A DNA stretch of 64,000 bases from an uncultured delta proteobacterium (GTDB lineage Bacteria > Desulfobacterota > Desulfomonilia > UBA1062): NCBI GenBank assembly GCA_963785235.1, contig CAWAUM010000005.1, positions 480,001 through 544,000 on the forward strand, written 5' to 3'. Made by a program: the position numbers and the translations under genes. Below, in pieces: positions 57,997-64,000 of this stretch. Position 1 is the first letter of the stretch. Every line of letters begins with the position of its first letter. The notes under the pieces are model-generated. The model worked only from the letters and a program-made list of their open reading frames with translations, searched no databases and was not told the origin of the DNA.

Positions 57997-58173
57997 TTAG
58001 AACAGGCTCATGAGGATCTCGCGTGCCGGGCCGGTGTTGATGGTTACCAGGGCGACCACCAGGACGAATACCGCGCTTGCTTCTACCGGGGTGAGTCCCA
58101 ATACCTTGTAGGTGAACCTGATCCCTATGCCGGTCATGAACAGTGCGCCGATTACGATCCATAATGTCATCAT
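57997..58173 (-). CDS. 58-aa two-TM membrane protein (below ORF-track cutoff), unknown family
   Basis: MMTLWIVIGALFMTGIGIRFTYKVLGLTPVEASAVFVLVVALVTINTGPAREILMSLF; AGGAGG RBS; aligns with the C-terminal part of 56857-57132. Confidence 0.8.
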   Translation of the reverse strand: MMTLWIVIGALFMTGIGIRFTYKVLGLTPVEASAVFVLVVALVTINTGPAREILMSLF

Positions 58174-58220
58174 TGTCTTGCCCTCCTGGGGTTTGTTTTT
58201 TTCTTTCTAGCTTATATAAG

Positions 58221-58235
58221 GCAAGGGGCGTGCCA
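58221..58235 (-). promoter_or_regulatory. sigma54 -24/-12 promoter, cassette B
   Basis: Minus strand TGGCACG-CCCC-TTGC, 47 bp upstream of ATG 58173. Confidence 0.85.
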
Positions 58236-58250
58236 GGTTCTGATAATTTA

Positions 58251-58394
58251 TAACTTAATGATATTATTTATTTATTAAATTATGACCTTTCCTTAGATTG
58301 CCATTTTGGCATAAAAGTCTTCTGTCAGAACATGTGCAGGTACAAAATGACAAAATAACCTCAGGGACACCCCTAAATTTGCCAGAATGGCAAA
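58251..58394. promoter_or_regulatory. IHF-like site and palindromic enhancer (UAS) candidates for cassette B
   Basis: TATCATTAAGTTA (minus, 58251-58263) followed by an AT tract; TGCCA-TTT-TGGCA (58299-58311), GTACA-AAA-TGACA (58340-58352), TTTGCCA-GAA-TGGCAAA (58378-58394). Confidence 0.6.
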
Positions 58395-58675
58395 GTTGAG
58401 GGTGACTCTCTGCGACGATGAGAGACAGACAAACTGACCTTTCCTTCCCAGTATTAATAAGCACCTGAAGTGAGCTTCTAAACTCATTTTGAAATGGATC
58501 ATACGGAAAAGAGAAAGGTTATTGGTATTGTCTGTAGTCTGAACACCCTGGATCTTGACTTAATCAAATTTAGCCCTAGTATAGTAGGACTATGCTAATC
58601 CTTATTGAAAGGCTGATCCCTTTAGGTTTGGATCGGCCTTTCTCCATTAATTGCCCTAAAATCTTCTCCCTCGTT

Positions 58676-58761
58676 AAAAAAAGACCGGACCGTATTGACA
58701 CAGTCCGGCGTAAAGGAGGTCAGAATCCCTACGCGGCAAGGATGCCGAGTAGGGCTGAACT
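58676..58761 (-). ncRNA. Candidate small regulatory RNA with anti-Shine-Dalgarno seed
   Basis: TTGCAT-16-TATAAT promoter (58795-58768), 5' hairpin, single-stranded ACCUCCUUUA, 11-bp terminator stem plus U7; no ORF. Confidence 0.6.
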
Positions 58762-59074
58762 TAGTTTATTATAAAGGCAGCCAGGAGTAATGCAACCACC
58801 TTCGGCTAGATATTATTTCAAGTGAAGATTTATCGCTGGTATATTTAGTCAGTACCAACGCCCAATTCTCATCTAAGCCTATTGATTCCAGTCCTTGCTA
58901 TTTTTATACTATAATTATTAATTTTGTTGATTCATTGCTTCCGGAATTACCACTTTTCCTCATCATTTGTTACGCATTGAAAATGTGATTGTGGTGACGT
59001 ATAAAAAACTCTCTGAGAACATGTCACTAGAAAGACATCTTAGAGGATGATCATTTTATCCTGCGAAAGAAGGA

Positions 59075-61156
59075 TTGAGTAGAATGCCCAGTGCGCACGA
59101 ATTCCTCACTACGCTAGCCATGGTCCTCTGTGTGGCTGCTGTGACCACAGTGGTTTTCCAGCGCTTGCGCCAGCCTGTGGTACTCGGCTACATACTCGCA
59201 GGGCTCATTGTCGGCCCGAATGTGCCAAGTCCACTCGTCGCCGATAGCGCTATTATCCGGATCCTTTCTGAGACCGGCGTTATACTGCTTATGTTTTCAT
59301 TGGGACTTGAGTTCAGCCTGCGCAAGCTTGTACAGGTCGGCCCCTCGACTATTCTCACGGCGGTTATAGAAACGAGCATCATGGTCTGGCTCGGTTATAT
59401 CGCCGGTCAGGCCTTCGGCTGGACCCAGAATGAGAGTGTCTTTGCCGGATTCATAGTCGCTATATCCAGCACAACGATCATTGCAAAGGCTTTCGAAGAA
59501 CAGAACATCAAGGGGAGACTGCATGAGTTTGTAGTCGGAATCCTCATCGTCGAGGACCTGATTGCCATACTCTTGATGGCTATTCTCACAGCGCTTTCAA
59601 CGGGCGATGGCCTGTCGTCGGCCACTATTGTCCATTCGGGCGGCAGACTCGTAGCCTTCCTGGTCGGCCTGGTCGTGGTCGGATTGCTTATAATCCCCCG
59701 TCTTGTCCGTACTATCATTCGTTTACAGCGTGCGGAGACAACCTTGGTAGCCAGCATCGGAATCTGCTTCGCGATTGCCCTTATCGCGCGCGAGTTCGGC
59801 TACTCGACAGCTCTCGGAGCCTTCATTGCAGGCTCCCTTGTCGCCGAGTCCGGAGAGGGAAAGCACGTCGAGCATCTTGTCCTCCCGGTTCGCGATATGT
59901 TTGTCGCCATCTTCTTTGTGTCGGTGGGTATGCTCATCGACCCATCTATCATCTTGCAGCGCTGGCCCGAGGTTGCCGTCTTCACTGTGGTTGTGATCCT
60001 GGGTAAGGTAAGCGGGGTAACGTTGGGGGCCTTCTTCACCGGAAATGGAATACGGACTTCGGTACGGACAGGCATGAGCCTCGCTCAGATCGGCGAGTTC
60101 TCGTTCATCATTGCCGGGCTGGGGATCTCGTTGAAGGCCACGGGGGACTTCCTCTACACGATTGCGGTCGCCGTGTCTGCGCTCACAACGCTCACAACGC
60201 CATGGCTCATTCGAGCAGGTGATCCCGCAGCCCGTTTCATCGACCGCAAGCTGCCTCGACCTTTCCAGACCTTTGCGGCACTTTACGGGAGTTGGATCGA
60301 GAACATGTGGACATCGCCTCAGGACAGGACCAAAGGAAGGGTAGTAAGAAGGCTGGTGAAGTTGCTGATGCTCGACAGCGTGCTGCTCTCTGTGCTTGTA
60401 ATCGGGGCAGCGGTTTCCATGGACACCATTGCAAATGTCGCTGTCATCAGGTTGGGCCTCTCGGATGTGGTCGTCCGGCTGATGTTCGTATTGATAGTGC
60501 TGGGACTCGCTCTCCCTTTTATCATCGGTGTTATCAGAATCGCTCGAGGTCTTGGCCTCTCATTGGCGTTATTAGCTCTACCCGAGGCCGGCGAGGGTAA
60601 AGTCGATCTGGCTGATGCCCCACGGCGGGCATTTGTGGTCATGCTGCAACTGGCAATCGTACTGGTTGTAGGGCTTCCGCTGCTTGCCTTGACCCAGCCA
60701 TTCCTTCCGCGATGGATCCCTGCCTCGACGATTGGCGTGCTCATTATCTTCCTGGGTGTGATGCTCTGGCGTAATGCCACGAACCTTCAAGGACACATCC
60801 ATGCTGGAGCGGAGCTTGTTGTTGAGGCCCTGGCAAAACAAGCGCACAAGAAGTCTTCCGTATCAGGCCAGAAATCGCTCATGGAGATCAAGCATCTTCT
60901 TCCCGGTCTGGGTGAACCTGTTTCCCTTCGGCTCAATGAACGCAGTTTTGCTGTTGGCAAGACCCTGGCCCAGCTTAATGTTCGCGGTTTGACCGGGGCG
61001 TCCGTACTGGCAATAGTACGTGGAGAGGAGAATGTCATAATGCCGAGTGCTACTGAGCATCTCCGCGTGGGTGACATGTTGGCTCTTGTAGGTACGCGCG
61101 AGGCGGTCAACGCCGCAACCGTTCTCCTGAATAAAGGTCAACAGGAGATTTCATAG
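59075..61156 (+). CDS. CPA2-family cation:proton antiporter with C-terminal TrkA-C (RCK_C) domain
   Basis: QPVVLGYILAG, FSLGLEFS, ISSTTII, LIVEDL, GAFIAG, FFVSVG, QIGEFSF; GKTLAQLNVRGLTGASVLAIVRG. Confidence 0.92.
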   Translation: MSRMPSAHEFLTTLAMVLCVAAVTTVVFQRLRQPVVLGYILAGLIVGPNVPSPLVADSAIIRILSETGVILLMFSLGLEFSLRKLVQVGPSTILTAVIETSIMVWLGYIAGQAFGWTQNESVFAGFIVAISSTTIIAKAFEEQNIKGRLHEFVVGILIVEDLIAILLMAILTALSTGDGLSSATIVHSGGRLVAFLVGLVVVGLLIIPRLVRTIIRLQRAETTLVASIGICFAIALIAREFGYSTALGAFIAGSLVAESGEGKHVEHLVLPVRDMFVAIFFVSVGMLIDPSIILQRWPEVAVFTVVVILGKVSGVTLGAFFTGNGIRTSVRTGMSLAQIGEFSFIIAGLGISLKATGDFLYTIAVAVSALTTLTTPWLIRAGDPAARFIDRKLPRPFQTFAALYGSWIENMWTSPQDRTKGRVVRRLVKLLMLDSVLLSVLVIGAAVSMDTIANVAVIRLGLSDVVVRLMFVLIVLGLALPFIIGVIRIARGLGLSLALLALPEAGEGKVDLADAPRRAFVVMLQLAIVLVVGLPLLALTQPFLPRWIPASTIGVLIIFLGVMLWRNATNLQGHIHAGAELVVEALAKQAHKKSSVSGQKSLMEIKHLLPGLGEPVSLRLNERSFAVGKTLAQLNVRGLTGASVLAIVRGEENVIMPSATEHLRVGDMLALVGTREAVNAATVLLNKGQQEIS

Positions 61157-61342
61157 CAGGGTTGATACATCCGCTGTTTCATTTGCTATGACAAGTGAAG
61201 ATAACATTTGTCACGCTCAGGTATGAAACAACCTTGCATCATAGGCTTCAAACAAAGATCATCAGCTTTTAGGCATCTTTAAACCGAGGATAAATCACAG
61301 AAATAGTTGCTTCTTTAGCAAACAAAAAAACAGTCCTAAAAG

Positions 61343-61849
61343 TTACTTCGTATGTAAAAGTACCTGACCTGGACATATAAAAGACACCCCTTGACCTGAT
61401 CTAAGGCCAAGCATGACCCCCTCGATAATAGGTTGATTGACCAATTTGTTGGATTTCCATTTGACTAAGAAATTGGCGCCTGGTCCACCCCGATTGTCGT
61501 ACTCCTTAATATCGACAAATGTTGCTGCAAGGGGTTTAAGCTTTATCGGACTTTTAATATAGCTCTCAATCTTCTTACCCTCGGTGTCATAGTAGTCGGC
61601 AGTATCAATTGTAATCTCATTTTTCGGGTCGGTATTTCTAATACTAACCATAGCTGAGAGGAGAAAGGGTGAGCCTTTGGGTCCTGCATGAACATTTGAA
61701 TAGATAGAAACATACACTGTCTCACCTTGTGAAAGAGTCTTATTCATATCCGTTTGGGCATGGGAAGGGAGGGGAAAGTGTACAAGTATTACTGAAAGAA
61801 CTATCATCTTAATAATGTTAATAATGGGCCTGACTTTAACCATGGGCAT
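61343..61849 (-). CDS. DUF3124-like exported protein
   Basis: GETVYVSIYS, SIRNTD, DYYDTEG, GGPGANFLVKW, PIIEGVM, QGVSF; GGAGG RBS. Confidence 0.8.
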   Translation of the reverse strand: MPMVKVRPIINIIKMIVLSVILVHFPLPSHAQTDMNKTLSQGETVYVSIYSNVHAGPKGSPFLLSAMVSIRNTDPKNEITIDTADYYDTEGKKIESYIKSPIKLKPLAATFVDIKEYDNRGGPGANFLVKWKSNKLVNQPIIEGVMLGLRSGQGVSFICPGQVLLHTK

Positions 61850-62199
61850 TGATCTCCTCCTCGATTTTTCAAGTGGTAATATACTGCTGTTTCCTGTGTC
61901 AGGGCAAAGTGAATATAACTTACCAAGGCCAATGCTTCTTCCAACGTATAGATTAAATTCCATAATCATCGAAAAAAGGGGCATGGAAAAGTGAAAATAT
62001 CATGAGTAGGACTTATAAGAAGCTATAATATTTGACTAGTAACAATTCAAGCTGTGGAAGCTTCCTACCCCCTAGCTTTTAGAAAAATTTAAGTAATCTT
62101 AAAACCGATTCAGATGCTCTTTTACATCTAAATCACCATAGAAATATCCCGTATAGAATATATCAGCTGGTCTGAAGGCAGGCTAACCTATTAAATTTA

Positions 62200-62245
62200 T
62201 GGAGCCAGCGCGGGGGGTCGAACCCCGGACCTGCTGATTACGAAT
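62200..62245 (-). mobile_element. att site: 3' half of tRNA-Thr(CGT) left by site-specific integration
   Basis: ATTCGTAATCAGCAGGTCCGGGGTTCGACCCCCCGCGCTGGCTCCA gives anticodon loop, T-arm, acceptor 3' strand and CCA; the D-arm and 5' half are absent. Confidence 0.88.
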
Positions 62246-62370
62246 ACTGTCTGCGAGGCTTATCTTATTGATTTTACTGTAATGTCTCTTGTGCCTGTTG
62301 GCTCAAAGTCGGTCAAAAGAGTCTAGTTTTTTTCAAAGTCCCAATAAAAGTCCCATATAGGAGGTGGACT

Positions 62371-63162
62371 ATGAACTATCGCGAGACACTTCAAGTAATA
62401 GATACAGCAAGGGCTTTAGAGTGCCTAGGAATTAATGCACGTGTTCCACAGGGAGCATACATTAAGTTCCCATGTCCTTCTGACAATTGTGATGAACTGG
62501 CACTAATTAAAACCCACGGCAACAAGAAGAACCTGTTTTATTGCCCTCGTTGCAAACTTTCAGGGCATATTATCTCATTGGTGATGAAAATTATGAACAT
62601 CAATTGGCAGGAAGCCTGCGAGTGGCTAAAGAAAGCCCGGGCAACGCCGCATGTTATTACTGACCAGCTACAGCTCAAATATGAACTGGAGTACCACAAG
62701 TTCCTGGAAGATAAAGGCATCAGCAAAGAAATCTGCGAAATGTTCCAGATAGGCGTTCCTAAAGGAAAGACTATGCTGGCTGGGTGTGTGGCTTTCACTG
62801 TCTTCAATGATGATGGAGAGCGCATCGCCTACTATGGCATCAACATGAAAACTGGAAAGCCAGTGTTTCATAAGTCATTCAACCCTGAGTTATATCTCTA
62901 TGGACAAAGTTTCTACTTAGGTCATAAAGATTATCATTTTGTCGATGAAGTGTATTTCACCACAGACATATTCCAATGCATTAAGATATATGCTGAAGAT
63001 GAGTTTGCTGTATGTAACTTCGGGCTTCCCTACATCTCAAATGAGCAAATGGACAAGCTGGACCATCTTGCTTTTGTAAAATTCCGAATCCCTCAAGAGC
63101 TTGTGAGGGATTTCGCCATCAGAATGGCCGAACACAAAGCAGGTTTTCACCTCTTCGGTTAA
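62371..63162 (+). CDS. Mobile-element primase-like protein (Zn finger + degenerate DnaG core)
   Basis: CPSDNC...FYCPRC..SGHIISLV...WQEACEWL, FLEDKGIS...FQIG; AGGAGG RBS; Toprim acidic motifs missing. Confidence 0.65.
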   Translation: MNYRETLQVIDTARALECLGINARVPQGAYIKFPCPSDNCDELALIKTHGNKKNLFYCPRCKLSGHIISLVMKIMNINWQEACEWLKKARATPHVITDQLQLKYELEYHKFLEDKGISKEICEMFQIGVPKGKTMLAGCVAFTVFNDDGERIAYYGINMKTGKPVFHKSFNPELYLYGQSFYLGHKDYHFVDEVYFTTDIFQCIKIYAEDEFAVCNFGLPYISNEQMDKLDHLAFVKFRIPQELVRDFAIRMAEHKAGFHLFG

Positions 63163-63193
63163 ACTAAATAAAAGGTGGCGAAAGCAATAAGAA

Positions 63194-63228
63194 AAAGGGA
63201 GAGTATCACAATGTGATTCTCTCCCTTT
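63194..63228. terminator. Terminator hairpin
   Basis: aaagggagag-tatcacaatgtgatt-ctctcccttt. Confidence 0.7.
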
Positions 63229-63266
63229 AAATTTGTTCTGAAATTTTTAGAGTTATACATGCCATA

Positions 63267-63282
63267 TATTCCACGTGGAACA
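63267..63282. other. parS-like centromere site
   Basis: TATTCCACGTGGAACA, 15/16 match to the parS palindrome TGTTCCACGTGGAACA. Confidence 0.65.
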
Positions 63283-63480
63283 ATATGAGGAAACCTGTTG
63301 ATGCAACAGTTATAGGAGTTTTCCACAAAACCATCAATTTAGGCAACTCGTTGGTTATGGAACATAATCTCTGTCTGCGTGTGTGGAGATGAAACCGATG
63401 ATTTTATTGCATTATCTACACTAAAGCTAATATGAAGAGTACTGTTCATAATCTACGGTGTCCAGGCATATTAAAACTGA

Positions 63481-64000
63481 CGCCGATCGGATGGACCGTT
63501 CATCGTGGTGGACTGCACGACTATTCCGGAGAACCTTGTGGAGAGTGAGCTGTTCGGTTATGAGAAGGGTGCCTTCACCGGGGCTGACAGGCAGAAGCTC
63601 GGGCGTGTCGAGCTGGCGCATGAAGGGACTCTTTTCCTCGATGAGATCGTGGAGCTTCATCTCAATCTCCAGACAAAGCTCCTCAAGACCCTGGAGGAGA
63701 AGACCTTTGTCAGGATAGGCGGGGGACTTACCATCAGATCTGATTTCCGTCTCCTCGCAGCCACAAACCGGAACCTGAGGGACGAGGTGGCTTCAGGCCG
63801 TTTCCGGGAAGACCTCTACTACCGTCTCAATGTCTTCCCCCTATCCATGCCGCCGCTGAGGGAACGTGAAGATGACATCCTTGAGCTGGCGAGGTATTTT
63901 GTTGAGCTCTATGCAAGGAAGTATGGCAGGACCGGTCTTGAACTTTCCCGGAAAGACCAGCGCATACTGATGAGCTATGCCTGGCCCGGCAATGTTAGGG
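63481..64000 (+). pseudogene. N-terminally truncated sigma54-dependent activator (AAA+ domain), runs off the window
   Basis: GPFIVVDC...[15 protein letters not shown]...GTLFLDEI...[11 protein letters not shown]...WPGNVR; in-frame TGA at 63478-63480 and no Walker A upstream. Confidence 0.8.

Noticed and set aside
62200-62245. Functional tRNA-Thr gene
   Set aside because: The 5' acceptor strand, D-arm and 5' anticodon stem are missing, so it is treated as an att remnant.

Overview
Bacterial chromosome segment. The gene content (gatCAB-mtnA, CoA-transferase/GNAT fusions, 2-hydroxyacyl-CoA dehydratase, H+-PPase, sigma54 promoters) suggests an anaerobic deltaproteobacterium (Desulfobacterota/Syntrophaceae-like; this is inference). 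The left part holds housekeeping genes (tilS-mfd-PPIase-uvrA, gatCAB-mtnA) and an MCP-cheW pair. The middle is a fatty/hydroxy-acid metabolic neighbourhood: two tandem acyl-CoA ligases, a 2-hydroxyacyl-CoA dehydratase/activator/SDR operon, IclR, a LarA-family racemase, a membrane pyrophosphatase and a CoA-transferase-GNAT. Next come ABC-F, a DnaG-like paralog, a hybrid kinase, a peptide ABC transporter and a double DUF3857/transglutaminase protein. The most unusual locus is at 56.8-58.8 kb. Two convergent, paralogous mini-operons each carry a canonical sigma54 promoter, a small two-TM protein of no family I recognise and an orphan AtpZ/AtpI(gene1)-like protein. Beside them is a candidate sRNA of about 85 nt whose anti-Shine-Dalgarno segment is complementary to the RBS of the first cassette gene. 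The right end is the edge of an element integrated at tRNA-Thr(CGT), with an att fragment, a degenerate primase, a parS-like site and a truncated sigma54 activator. Many genes are split by frameshifts, probably long-read consensus errors. All calls are by eye from sequence motifs; no database searches were run.
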